Source of the DNA: Escherichia coli
Lineage (GTDB): Bacteria > Pseudomonadota > Gammaproteobacteria > Enterobacterales > Enterobacteriaceae
Length of the DNA stretch: 64,000 nucleotides
Assembly: GCF_016026235.1 (NCBI RefSeq)
Contig: NZ_CP065613.1
Strand: one strand, 5' to 3'
Positions 16,223 through 29,431 of the stretch are shown piece by piece. Under the pieces are notes generated by a model, which worked only from the letters and a program-made list of their open reading frames with translations, was not told the origin of the DNA and did not search any database. Position numbers and translations under genes: made by a program. Within the stretch, counting starts at the first letter, position 1. Each line of letters begins with the position of its first letter.

Positions 16223-17041
16223 ATGTGTCAGGTATTTGGTGTATCCAGGAGCGGTTATTACAACTGGGTACAGCATGAACCCTCAGACAGAAAACAAAGT
16301 GATGAGCGGCTAAAACTGGAGATTAAGGTGGCACATATCCGCACTCGCGAAACATATGGAACCCGGCGGCTCCAGACGGAGCTGGCAGAGAATGGCATCA
16401 TCGTTGGTCGTGACCGACTGGCACGTCTTCGTAAGGAGCTAAGGCTACGCTGTAAGCAGAAACGCAAGTTCAGAGCGACTACGAACCCGAACCACAATCT
16501 GCCAGTTGCGCCAAATCTGCTGAACCAGACGTTCGCTCCTACAGCACCAAATCAGGTCTGGGTGGCGGACCTGACGTATGTTGCCACACAGGAGGGATGG
16601 TTGTACCTCGCTGGCATCAAAGATGTTTATACGTGCGAAATTGTCGGCTACGCCATGGGAGAGCGCATGACAAAAGAGCTGACAGGTAAAGCCCTGTTTA
16701 TGGCGCTCAGGAGCCAGCGCCCACCTGCCGGGCTAATCCACCACTCTGATCGAGGTTCACAGTACTGCGCATACGATTACCGGGTCATACAGGAGCAGTC
16801 TGGTCTGAAAACATCAATGTCGCGTAAAGGTAACTGTTACGACAACGCTCCGATGGAAAGCTTCTGGGGAACGCTGAAAAATGAGAGCCTGAGCCACTAT
16901 CGTTTTAATAACCGGGATGAAGCCATCTCAGTAATACGGGAATACATTGAGATTTTCTACAATCGTCAGCGTCGTCACTCTCGTCTGGGGAATATCTCCC
17001 CGGCAGCCTTCAGGGAAAAATATCATCAGATGGCTGCTTAA
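16223..17041 (+). CDS. IS600 OrfB
   Basis: Identical to copy 1 OrfB. Confidence 0.9.
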   Translation: MCQVFGVSRSGYYNWVQHEPSDRKQSDERLKLEIKVAHIRTRETYGTRRLQTELAENGIIVGRDRLARLRKELRLRCKQKRKFRATTNPNHNLPVAPNLLNQTFAPTAPNQVWVADLTYVATQEGWLYLAGIKDVYTCEIVGYAMGERMTKELTGKALFMALRSQRPPAGLIHHSDRGSQYCAYDYRVIQEQSGLKTSMSRKGNCYDNAPMESFWGTLKNESLSHYRFNNRDEAISVIREYIEIFYNRQRRHSRLGNISPAAFREKYHQMAA

Positions 17042-17150
17042 AAAAAGAACAAATGGTAGTGTCCGCTATTGCCAGTACACCTCAGTGCCAATACACCATT
17101 TATCCAGATTAAATAACTTATATGCCCGGCAGGCCGCCGGGCTAAGGGAA

Positions 17151-17528
17151 ATGCAGATGAACACCCAGAATACTCAACCGCAAATAATGAACTATGACCC
17201 GAATCTGACGTCATGCGGACGCATGGCAAAACAAACCGTTCGATTAACTTTCGGACTATGGGAATACCGCGAAACATTCGAAGTTACTGTCGGCGGCAAT
17301 CTGACCGGACTGGATGTTATCAGTTGCGCTATTGAAAGCCTGTACGCAACGCTGCCTTATGAAGAAGTCGAGGATGAGCGAACAGGGGAAACAGATATCA
17401 TGGCCACCATTAATATTGGCGAACTGATATGTCAGGATGAAGACCTGTCCGGAGAGCTCTGGCTTGCCGGGATGCTTATCTCAGCAGAAATTATCAGTAT
17501 TGAACCCGCTACAAACATACGGCTCTGA
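17151..17528 (+). CDS. Hypothetical acidic prophage protein (about 125 aa)
   Basis: AAGGGA RBS, with ATG at 17151 or 17157. It is the 3' part of a track ORF that begins artificially inside IS600. Confidence 0.5.
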   Translation: MQMNTQNTQPQIMNYDPNLTSCGRMAKQTVRLTFGLWEYRETFEVTVGGNLTGLDVISCAIESLYATLPYEEVEDERTGETDIMATINIGELICQDEDLSGELWLAGMLISAEIISIEPATNIRL

Positions 17529-17559
17529 AGTTCTCACTATTCAGAGAGCAGGAGAAAAA

Positions 17560-17802
17560 ATGTTCGCTTTGATTAATCAGGGACAACTGTATACCGACAG
17601 TGCCGGTTACCCGGTAAAAATTATTCGCTGCATAAACAACACTGTGTTGTACAGAAGAATGGATGGGCGAACACAGTCAGTAAAAATAAACGATTTCAAT
17701 GAACTGTTTGAACGGATCGATCACCAGGAATACCGACAAATTCTGGCAGAAACAGAGCAGGAAGCTCATCTGAAAAAATTACGGGCCATGAAAAGGAAGT
17801 AA
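17560..17802 (+). CDS. Small phage protein, DUF4222-like (80 aa)
   Basis: RBS in GCAGGAGAAAAAATG. Sequence MFALINQGQLYTDSAGYPVKIIRCINNTVLYRRMDGRTQSVKINDFNELFERI. Confidence 0.5.
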   Translation: MFALINQGQLYTDSAGYPVKIIRCINNTVLYRRMDGRTQSVKINDFNELFERIDHQEYRQILAETEQEAHLKKLRAMKRK

Positions 17803-17805
17803 AGA

Positions 17806-17952
17806 ATGAATAAAGCGTTTGAGCTATGGGTACGCCAGCGTTACGGCAATCGCTATGACCTGACGCGAGATGTTGACGGTTTCTACTGTCGTGAAATTGT
17901 GAAACGAATGTTTGAAGTGTGGTGCCACTGCCGTGGGCTGAGTGTTGTGTGA
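17806..17952 (+). CDS. Hypothetical 48-aa protein
   Basis: Hand translated as MNKAFELWVRQRYGNRYDLTRDVDGFYCREIVKRMFEVWCHCRGLSVV. It fills the gap before xis. Confidence 0.3.
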   Translation: MNKAFELWVRQRYGNRYDLTRDVDGFYCREIVKRMFEVWCHCRGLSVV

Positions 17953-17960
17953 GGTAATGC

Positions 17961-18197
17961 ATGGGCAATGTGATTCAACTGGCTCCCAATGAATGGGTTT
18001 GTGAAAGCGTTCTTATCGCAATTACCGGGCTCAAACCAGGCACAATTCTCCGAGCCCGGAAAGAATGCTGGATGGTAGGAAGAGAGTATATTCACGTATC
18101 ACCAGACGGTAATCCAAAGCCATCCAGCGAATGTATGTATAACAGAAAAGCAATAGATGCCTGGGTCTCTTCAATGAAAAACAAACAACCTGGGTGA
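17961..18197 (+). CDS. xis: Excisionase (Xis-like)
   Basis: 78-aa ORF immediately upstream of int. It resembles excisionase-family wHTH proteins. Confidence 0.6.
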   Translation: MGNVIQLAPNEWVCESVLIAITGLKPGTILRARKECWMVGREYIHVSPDGNPKPSSECMYNRKAIDAWVSSMKNKQPG

Positions 18198-19476
18198 TTT
18201 AATGCCATGAAGTATGTAAGCTCGTATCGCTCTTGGGCGTCTGGAGGTATCAATGGATAAAGTCAAATATCCAACAGGCGTCGAAAACCACGGTGGCACA
18301 TTACGCATCTGGTTTAATTTTAAAGGTAAACGTGTCAGGGAAAATCTTGGTGTCCCTGACACTGCCAAGAACAGGAAGATCGCCGGAGAGCTGCGGACAT
18401 CTGTATGTTTTGCCATTCGTACAGGAAATTTTGATTATGCTGCGCAGTTCCCTGACTCTCCTAACCTCAAGGCTTTTGGGGTAAATAAAAAAGAAATTAC
18501 GGTGAAAGAACTTGAAGAAAAATGGCTGGATCTGAAACGAATGGAAATCTCTGCAAATGCATTCAATCGCTATGAATCCATTGCAAGGATGATGGTTCCG
18601 AAGATTGGTGGCAACCGACTGGTATCAGCAGTGACCAAAGAGGAATTGCTGTATATCAGGAAAGATTTGCTGACCGGATACCAAAATCCAACAAAAGGTA
18701 AAGCTCCAGTAAAAGGACGAAGCGTTGTCACAGTAAATTATTACATGACAACAATCGCTGGAATGTTTCAGTTTGCTGCAGATCACGGTTACATAGAAGC
18801 AAATCCCTTCGAGGGAATTAAGCCTCTTAAAAGAGCCAGGGCAGAACCAGATCCGCTAACTCGTGACGAATTTATTCGCCTGATAGATGCTTGCCGGCAT
18901 CAGCAGACAAAAAACCTGTGGTCATTGGCTGTGTACACAGGAATGCGTCATGGTGAACTGGTCTCCCTGGCCTGGGAAGATATCGATCTGAAAGCAGGAA
19001 CAATTACTATCAGGCGCAATTATACGAAACTCGGTGAGTTCACTCTACCTAAAACTGAAGCAAGTACAAACAGGGTTGTGCATCTTATCCAGCCCGCTAT
19101 CAGTGTCCTGAAAAATCAGGCTGAAATGACAAGACTGGGTAAGCAGCACAACATCAAGGTTCAACTACGTGAATATGGACGTTCAGTAAATCATGAATGT
19201 ACTTTCGTATTTAACCCCCAGGTGGTTAGAAAAAGCAAACAGGTAGGTTTTATCTACAAGGTAGATTCCATTGGCGACTCATGGGAAACAGCCATTAAAC
19301 GTGCAGGCATCAGGCATCGAAAGGCATACCAGTCACGACACACTTATGCGTGCTGGTCATTATCTGCCGGAGCAAATCCAAGCTTCATTGCCAGCCAGAT
19401 GGGGCATGCAAGTGAGGTAGCCTGAGTTTAACGGACACTCCTTCCTGAAATAGAATGGCATCAGAAGGAGCTAATA

Positions 19477-19779
19477 ATGAGCAGAAAAACCCAACGTTAC
19501 TCTAAAGAGTTCAAAGCCGAAGCTGTCAGAACGGTTCTTGAAAATCAACTTTCGATCAGTGAAGGCGCTTCCCGATTATCCCTTCCTGAAGGCACTTTAG
19601 GACAATGGGTTACCGCCGCCAGAAAAGGGCTCGGTACTCCTGGCTCCCGCACGGTGGCTGAACTGGAATCTGAAATTCTGCAACTGCGTAAGGCGTTAAA
19701 TGAAGCTCGCCTTGAGCGAGATATATTAAAAAAAGCAACAGCGTATTTTGCACAGGAGTCGCTGAAAAATACGCGTTAA
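19477..19779 (+). CDS. IS600 OrfA
   Basis: 100 aa, identical in protein sequence to copy 2. Confidence 0.9.
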   Translation: MSRKTQRYSKEFKAEAVRTVLENQLSISEGASRLSLPEGTLGQWVTAARKGLGTPGSRTVAELESEILQLRKALNEARLERDILKKATAYFAQESLKNTR

Positions 19780-19814
19780 TCGAACAATGGCGACAACAAT
19801 TTCCCATTGAAGCG

Positions 19815-20633
19815 ATGTGTCAGGTATTTGGTGTATCCAGGAGCGGTTATTACAACTGGGTACAGCATGAACCCTCAGACAGAAAACAAAGTGATGAGCG
19901 GCTAAAACTGGAGATTAAGGTGGCACATATCCGCACTCGCGAAACATATGGAACCCGGCGGCTCCAGACGGAGCTGGCAGAGAATGGCATCATCGTTGGT
20001 CGTGACCGACTGGCACGTCTTCGTAAGGAGCTAAGGCTACGCTGTAAGCAGAAACGCAAGTTCAGAGCGACTACGAACCCGAACCACAATCTGCCAGTTG
20101 CGCCAAATCTGCTGAACCAGACGTTCGCTCCTACAGCACCAAATCAGGTCTGGGTGGCGGACCTGACGTATGTTGCCACACAGGAGGGATGGTTGTACCT
20201 CGCTGGCATCAAAGATGTTTATACGTGCGAAATTGTCGGCTACGCCATGGGAGAGCGCATGACAAAAGAGCTGACAGGTAAAGCCCTGTTTATGGCGCTC
20301 AGGAGCCAGCGCCCACCTGCCGGGCTAATCCACCACTCTGATCGAGGTTCACAGTACTGCGCATACGATTACCGGGTCATACAGGAGCAGTTTGGTCTGA
20401 AAACATCAATGTCGCGTAAAGGTAACTGTTACGACAACGCTCCGATGGAAAGCTTCTGGGGAACGCTGAAAAATGAGAGCCTGAGCCACTATCGTTTTAA
20501 TAACCGGGATGAAGCCATCTCAGTAATACGGGAATACATTGAGATTTTCTACAATCGTCAGCGTCGTCACTCTCGTCTGGGGAATATCTCCCCGGCAGCC
20601 TTCAGGGAAAAATATCATCAGATGGCTGCTTAA
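19815..20633 (+). CDS. IS600 OrfB
   Basis: 272 aa. It has one substitution relative to copies 1 and 2 (EQFGLK versus EQSGLK). Confidence 0.9.
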   Translation: MCQVFGVSRSGYYNWVQHEPSDRKQSDERLKLEIKVAHIRTRETYGTRRLQTELAENGIIVGRDRLARLRKELRLRCKQKRKFRATTNPNHNLPVAPNLLNQTFAPTAPNQVWVADLTYVATQEGWLYLAGIKDVYTCEIVGYAMGERMTKELTGKALFMALRSQRPPAGLIHHSDRGSQYCAYDYRVIQEQFGLKTSMSRKGNCYDNAPMESFWGTLKNESLSHYRFNNRDEAISVIREYIEIFYNRQRRHSRLGNISPAAFREKYHQMAA

Positions 20634-20844
20634 AAAAAGAACAAATGGTAGTGTCCGCTATTGCCAGTACACCTCAAAGTGCCCAGATGGTGTTCAATGT
20701 ATACGGAGCATGGATGACTGACAGCAATGCAGAACAGATCGCAATGCTGAATCAGAAGCTGGCAGATTATGTCCCAATGATGTCCCATGGTCACCAAAGT
20801 GACACAAGAGGCTTATTAAAATCAGTGAGTTAGCTTTTAATACC

Positions 20845-21585
20845 CGTCATGTTAACTGCGTGGAGGGCAACACCACGCTTTACGCCCTGCCGAAACCCGA
20901 GGTTGTCCTGCGCTGGCGTGAACAGACCACAGATGACTTCCGCTTCTGTTTTAAGTTTCCGGCGACCATTTCGCATCAGGCAGCATTACGACATTGCGAT
21001 GATTTAGTGACTGAATTTTTGACCCGCATGTCACCGTTGGCTCCGCGCATTGGGCAATACTGGCTGCAACTGCCTGCCACATTCGGCCCACGGGAGCTGC
21101 CTGCGCTTTGGCATTTTCTCGATTCTCTCCCTGGCGAATTTAATTATGGTGTGGAAGTCCGCCATCCACAGTTTTTCGCCAAAGGGGAAGAGGAACAAAC
21201 GCTTAATCGCGGTTTACATCAGCGCGGCGTTAATCGGGTGATTTTAGACAGCCGCCCGGTTCATGCAGCACGTCCACACAGTGAAGCTATTCGCGACGCT
21301 CAACGAAAAAAACCTAAAGTTCCGGTACATGCTGTACTGACGGCGACAAATCCGCTGATCCGTTTTATCGGTAGTGATGATATGACGCAAAACCGGGAAT
21401 TATTTCAGGTCTGGTTACAGAAATTAGCGCAGTGGCATCAGACCACTACGCCTTATCTTTTTTTACATACGCCAGACATTGCCCAGGCACCGGAACTGGT
21501 ACATACCCTGTGGGAAGACTTACGTAAAACGCTTCCAGAGATCGGAGCAGTTCCGGCTATTCCACAGCAATCTTCTCTTTTCTGA
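20845..21585 (+). pseudogene. yecE: yecE (DUF72) 3' portion, N-terminus removed by prophage integration
   Basis: R-H-V-N-C-VEGNTTLYALPKPEVVLRW... corresponds to residues from about 38 onward of K-12 YecE as I recall it. Upstream sequence is phage (the int stop codon is at 20831-20833). Confidence 0.8.
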
Positions 21586-21637
21586 ATTTGCCACCTATCA
21601 TAGACAGGTGCCATCGGCCATTTTAAAGGGAGTTTGT

Positions 21638-23782
<2,145 letters not shown>

Positions 23783-23796
23783 AGGTCTGGTATTAC

Positions 23797-23900
23797 TGCC
23801 GGATGCGGCATGAACGCCTTATCCGGCCTACAAAACCTTGCTAATTCAATATATTGCAGGGACTATGTAGGCCTGATAAGGCATAGCGCATCAGGCAGCT
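23797..23900. repeat. REP/BIME element (two inverted REP units)
   Basis: GCCGGATGCGGCATGAACGCCTTATCCGGCCTAC and TGTAGGCCTGATAAGGCATAGCGCATCAGGCAG lie between the convergent genes cmoB and torZ. Confidence 0.85.
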
Positions 23901-23947
23901 TTACGTTTGCATAACCTCTGCGCCCGTTTCCGGGCGCTATTCACGTC

Positions 23948-26377
23948 TTACGCCTGAACAGCTGGCTGATCAAACGCCGTTAACTTCGGTGCGTTACCCG
24001 TATATTTTTCGATATACACCAGCGCAGAGTTACCGGCACAGGCATTTGCCAGCTGCGAGCTGGGGATATCCGCCGTTAACACGTTCGCACTGCCGTTTTT
24101 ACACAAGCCATTTTCCAGATCTGGCCATGCACCTTCATGCACGCATACCACGCCTTTTTTGATCCCGTCAGTCACCACCGCGCCTGTCAGAATCTGACCA
24201 CGTTTGTTCCAGACACGCACCAGATCACCATTCGCAATACCAAAGCGAGCAGCATCTTCGGCGTGAATAGTGATCGGTTCACGATCGGCAACCGCATATT
24301 TTTTACGCAGTTGCGCATAGTTAAGCTGACTGTGTAAACGGTGTGCCGGATGTGCGGTCAGAAGCTGTAACTGCTTCTCGTCGGCGGTACCTTTCCACTC
24401 ATCAGGCGCAAGCCAGGTTGGGTGTGCCGGGCAATCCTTATAGCCAAATTTTTCCAGCGTTTTGGAGTAAATCTCAATTTTGCCGCTTGGCGTACCCAGC
24501 GCATTTTTCACCGGATCGGCGCGGAAATCACCATAACGAACATACTGTTCGTTCTTCTCGCTGCGGCGCATTTCGATCAGTTTATTTTGCTGCCAGAAGG
24601 CATTAAACATTGGCATAGTGACGCGTTGCGCACGGGCACCTTTCTGAGCGGCATCATAGAAAAATTTCAGCCACGCCATTTCATCTTTACCTTCGGTATA
24701 GATCTCTTTTCCGCCAGGTTTCAGTAATTCAGCAAGATCGGCAAACACGTCAAAATCGTTACGCGCTTCAAATTGCGGAGCGACAGCCTGCTTCATCGGC
24801 ACAATATGCTGGTTGCTGTAATCACCGGTCATCGTCAAGTCATTGCGCTCAAACGATGTGGTGATCGGTAATACGATATCTGCATGTTTAGCAGCTGCAG
24901 TCCAGTAGCATTCAGAAACGACGATCATCTCCGGTTTCTGCCATGCTTTGATCAGACGATTAGTATCCTGGTGATGGGTAAAGTTACCGCCACCCGCCCA
25001 CCAGATCATTTTGATATTCGGATACGTTTGTTCTTTACCGTTATGCTGATATTTGCCACCAGGATTTTCCAGCGCATCGACGATACGGGCAACAGGAATC
25101 GCCGTCATTCCGCCATCATCAGCGGCCTCGCTGGCATGTCCGGCAATCGCCGCAGACATTTCCGGCAGCACGCCGCCAACACGCGTCGGGTTGCCACCGT
25201 TGGAGTAATGATAAGAGAAACCAAAACCGCCGCCCGGTGTACCAATCTGCCCTAACATCGCCGCCAGCGTCACCAGCATCCAGTGTTTCTGTTCACCATA
25301 TTGCTGGCGCTGAATTCCCCAGCCTGCCATCAGCATTGTGCGATTCGCCGCCATCAGTTCAGCGAGTTTGACTATCTGCGCTTCCGGTACGCCAGTAATT
25401 TCCGCCGCCCAGGCCGCGCTCTTCGGAGTATTATCGCTCTTACCTGTCAGATATTCTTCAAACTGCGGATACCCGGTGGTGTATTTTTCAAGGAACACTT
25501 TATCGTGTTTGCCTTGTGTCATCAGGGTATGCGCAATCCCTAACATCAGTGCCACGTCGGTGCCCATATTCGGCGCGATCCAGGTGGCATTATCGCCAAA
25601 GAACTCGATGGTTTCGGAGCGGATAGGATCAATGGCAATCACTGGTTTGCCAGATTTTTTCAGCTGATGGAAGTATTCCAGCCCTTGCTCATCGGTACTG
25701 CTCCAGGCAATTTTTAAGGTATTCAGCGGGTTCATCCCCCACAGCACCACAACCTGGCTGTTTTCCAGAATCAGCGGCCAGGAGGTCTGCTGTTCATACA
25801 CCTCTACAGAACCAACCACATGCGGCATGATCACCTGTGCTGCCCCGGTTGAATAATCGCCGCTATGCCCGGAATAACCGCCCGCGAGGTTCATATAACG
25901 TTGCAGTAAGGTTTGCGCTTTATGCAACACGCCAGAAGAGCGCCAGCCGTAAGATCCGGCAAAAATGGCCGATGGTCCGTTAGCTTTACGAATACGATCG
26001 TGTTGCTCATGAATCAGTTTTAATGCTTGTTCCCAGCTCACCTGTACATAGGTATCTTCGCCTCGACCTTTCGCCGGTTGCAGTGGATTATCGAGATAGC
26101 TTTTTCTCACCATCGGATGCTGAATACGCGCCGTGGTGTGTACCTGATCCGCCGCCGTAGACTGTAAGGAGTTCGGTATGGTTTTCGCCAGCGCGCCTGT
26201 CGAAGAAACAATATTGCCGTCCTTCACTTCTACGTTCATCGCTCCCCAACGTCCCGCGGTGAGGATTTTACCGCCCTTCTCTTCTGCCCATGCGGGTAGC
26301 GGTGCTGCCGATGTCACCACCAGCGCTCCAGCGGCAATACCGCTGTGTTTAATAAATTCACGTCTTGTTAATGTCAT
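23948..26377 (-). CDS. torZ: Periplasmic TMAO/biotin-sulfoxide reductase TorZ (BisZ), molybdopterin enzyme
   Basis: The Tat signal is [20 protein letters not shown]. 809 aa. GGGAGGAAG RBS. Confidence 0.95.
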   Translation of the reverse strand: MTLTRREFIKHSGIAAGALVVTSAAPLPAWAEEKGGKILTAGRWGAMNVEVKDGNIVSSTGALAKTIPNSLQSTAADQVHTTARIQHPMVRKSYLDNPLQPAKGRGEDTYVQVSWEQALKLIHEQHDRIRKANGPSAIFAGSYGWRSSGVLHKAQTLLQRYMNLAGGYSGHSGDYSTGAAQVIMPHVVGSVEVYEQQTSWPLILENSQVVVLWGMNPLNTLKIAWSSTDEQGLEYFHQLKKSGKPVIAIDPIRSETIEFFGDNATWIAPNMGTDVALMLGIAHTLMTQGKHDKVFLEKYTTGYPQFEEYLTGKSDNTPKSAAWAAEITGVPEAQIVKLAELMAANRTMLMAGWGIQRQQYGEQKHWMLVTLAAMLGQIGTPGGGFGFSYHYSNGGNPTRVGGVLPEMSAAIAGHASEAADDGGMTAIPVARIVDALENPGGKYQHNGKEQTYPNIKMIWWAGGGNFTHHQDTNRLIKAWQKPEMIVVSECYWTAAAKHADIVLPITTSFERNDLTMTGDYSNQHIVPMKQAVAPQFEARNDFDVFADLAELLKPGGKEIYTEGKDEMAWLKFFYDAAQKGARAQRVTMPMFNAFWQQNKLIEMRRSEKNEQYVRYGDFRADPVKNALGTPSGKIEIYSKTLEKFGYKDCPAHPTWLAPDEWKGTADEKQLQLLTAHPAHRLHSQLNYAQLRKKYAVADREPITIHAEDAARFGIANGDLVRVWNKRGQILTGAVVTDGIKKGVVCVHEGAWPDLENGLCKNGSANVLTADIPSSQLANACAGNSALVYIEKYTGNAPKLTAFDQPAVQA

Positions 26378-26401
26378 AACTTCCTCCCTGATCAACGAGG
26401 A

Positions 26402-27502
26402 TCACTGTTTCTCGGTAATATCTTTGGCGTTGTACTGGAAATACCGCGTTAAAATGTCCAGTTCGTTTTCGCTCATGCTGGTTCGTGCCCCCATTCCTTT
26501 GGCAATGGACGGCCACGCATTGACGGTGTAATGGTCGGCGGCAATAGGGGCATGACAACCAGCGCAATAGGTATCGTCAAGTTTTTCAGCGTATTGCCAT
26601 AGCGGTTTACGGTCCGCTAATGCGGGGACGGTAAGCGCACCCTGTAAAGACGCCTGACGCCATTGATTGCCGTATTCGTCAGCCTGCCATTCCCCGTTTA
26701 CCGTGAGCGCCTTGATACCTTCTTCACTTAATGTGGCTAGCGCCAGCCGTTGACCTGCCGCCAGGTAGAGCGTGTTTTCACTGCCCTGCATTTGATAACC
26801 CTGCAACAGAACGATCGGCTGTTTGCCACTGGCATCAACGACGGTGAGATCGGTACCAGGATTCACGGTAGCCAGCTCGCCTATGCGAGAAGTTTTGAAA
26901 GGATAAATATGTGCGCCATTAGTCACTGAAGTAGCGGCCTGACTTTCCAGCTCATGCGCCGCGTTGTCATCCATTTTTATTTCTGGCGGAAAATGGGCAA
27001 TGCCTTTATGACAATCGATACAGGTTTCGCCGCCCTTTTGTGCTTTGTTATGCATTTTCTGCGCAGATTCACTTTGCGAGGCAATATCCATGGCATCAAA
27101 AGAATGGCAACTACGGCACGTTGCAGAGTCAGTTGCTTTTAATTCTTTCCATACTGTTTCGGCCATTTCCTGGCGATGAGTTTCGAACTTATCGTCACTG
27201 TCTATTTTGCCGCTAACAAATTCATGATAAATATCTTTAGATGCTTTTAATTTAGCAAATAAATAATCCATTCCTGACTTTGGAATATGGCAATCGGCAC
27301 ATTCCGCACGTATCCCTTTCTGGTTCGTAAAGTGGACAGTTCCCTGATATTCCTCAAAAGGTTTACTCATCGAGTGGCAGGAAAGGCAAAATGCTGTATC
27401 CGACGTTTTATGTAAGGCTTTTTGCGCCAGTAATAACCCGCCGCCACCAACCACAACCGCTATCAGCAAAAACAATAACCCAATGCGTTTTTTCCCTCGC
27501 AT
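26402..27502 (-). CDS. torY: Membrane-anchored pentahaem c-type cytochrome TorY
   Basis: Multiple CxxCH motifs and an N-terminal TM anchor, plus synteny. Confidence 0.95.
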   Translation of the reverse strand: MRGKKRIGLLFLLIAVVVGGGGLLLAQKALHKTSDTAFCLSCHSMSKPFEEYQGTVHFTNQKGIRAECADCHIPKSGMDYLFAKLKASKDIYHEFVSGKIDSDDKFETHRQEMAETVWKELKATDSATCRSCHSFDAMDIASQSESAQKMHNKAQKGGETCIDCHKGIAHFPPEIKMDDNAAHELESQAATSVTNGAHIYPFKTSRIGELATVNPGTDLTVVDASGKQPIVLLQGYQMQGSENTLYLAAGQRLALATLSEEGIKALTVNGEWQADEYGNQWRQASLQGALTVPALADRKPLWQYAEKLDDTYCAGCHAPIAADHYTVNAWPSIAKGMGARTSMSENELDILTRYFQYNAKDITEKQ

Positions 27503-27810
27503 AGATTCCTCTAATTAAATTACTGGACACCGAAATCATTGTATAATTAAATATACAACGAATTAACCGCTTGCATAATTAGGCACAACACTGCCTGAAA
27601 TAATCGATAAAGAATATGATTTATTACAATGTAATCATTAATTGCTAAGGAATAACCCAGTTGCTATTTAGAATGTATAGTTATCAGTTTTAGTAATTTA
27701 AATCCCATAATTAATGTGAATATATAAAATATTTTTAGCACAACGCTATGTTCACTGTCACCCGCTCAACAGATCACGGTAATCGTTCGTTTTTTATACT
27801 GTTCAGGGAT

Positions 27811-27843
27811 AAAAAAAGGCCCCTGTTGAAATTGCAGGGGCCT
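27811..27843 (-). terminator. cutC intrinsic terminator
   Basis: The minus strand reads AGGCCCCTG-loop-CAGGGGCCT followed by TTTTTTT. Confidence 0.7.
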
Positions 27844-27889
27844 GGTACGAGCAAGCATCATATTGGGCGACATGATGCAACGGTAAAAA

Positions 27890-28645
<756 letters not shown>

Positions 28646-28649
28646 TTAA

Positions 28650-29216
28650 TTACGCCGACTGCTCGCTGGCAACGATCTCTTCAATGGACCACGGATGAAA
28701 CTTAATAGTTGTTTTGCCATCGGTGACCGCCAGCGTCGGATTCGGTAATCGCTCATGCTCACCTTTTGGCGAACTGGTTTTCACTGAGATCCCCGGTAGG
28801 CTGAGTCCTTCATCAGAAAGCAATGCCAGCGCACGGGCATTCAGCGTTTCTGGATCACCCGGCAGAACGATTTCAATATGTTCCCAACCTTCGTGTGGGT
28901 AACGTTTTTCCCCGGGCCACGGTAGCTCCACAATAGAAAACTGCCAGTGCGCAACCTGTACCGGTTCATGCAATTTAAACAGACAAATCGGTCTGCCATT
29001 GATCATATTTTCTGACAAAAGCTCGCCACACTGTTCAAAACCGCGACGCCAGCGCTCAGCAGTGGCGTTTTGATGGCAACGCAAAGAAATGTGATCGGCA
29101 GTCAGCGGAGTGATATCCAACCCCAGACGGCGGGAGAGTTCATCTAATGCGTGGGTAAATCGCGGTAAATCCGATGCAATATCCTGCAGCTCGTCGATAG
29201 ATTGCCAGTTCGCCAT
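28650..29216 (-). CDS. yecM: YecM (VOC-fold protein)
   Basis: MANWQSIDELQDIASDLPRF..., 188 aa. Confidence 0.9.
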   Translation of the reverse strand: MANWQSIDELQDIASDLPRFTHALDELSRRLGLDITPLTADHISLRCHQNATAERWRRGFEQCGELLSENMINGRPICLFKLHEPVQVAHWQFSIVELPWPGEKRYPHEGWEHIEIVLPGDPETLNARALALLSDEGLSLPGISVKTSSPKGEHERLPNPTLAVTDGKTTIKFHPWSIEEIVASEQSA

Positions 29217-29431
29217 AATCACTCTTCGTCTTTCAGTAAAAGCGATAATTTACCCTGTTGCCCTGCGCCAACCAACCGCTGATTTCACGCCGCTTCTGAT
29301 GCAATAGTGAAAACGGCAATACGCCACGCGCACGTTGCTGACGAAAACAGCCATTTGCAGTATACTCCCGCCCTAATTTCTTTAACTGGTGCGGGCAATT
29401 TTTGCTCGCTTCATCAATGTAAGGTATTCCG

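Larger units (their letters stand above)
15821..17084 (+). mobile_element. IS600 copy 2, 1264 bp
   Basis: Same termini as copy 1. The 3-bp direct repeat GTG flanks it at 15818-15820 and 17085-17087. Confidence 0.95.
19413..20676 (+). mobile_element. IS600 copy 3, 1264 bp
   Basis: Same termini as copies 1 and 2. The 3-bp direct repeat AAG flanks it at 19410-19412 and 20677-20679. Confidence 0.95.
18253..20833 (+). pseudogene. int: Lambda-family tyrosine integrase, interrupted by IS600 (parts 18253-19412 and 20677-20833)
   Basis: Has an N-terminal arm-binding domain, a catalytic region (R...HxxR: SRHTYACW) and ...QMGHAS|AQMVFNVYGAWM... Removing the IS and one AAG duplication restores the reading frame. 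Confidence 0.9.
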
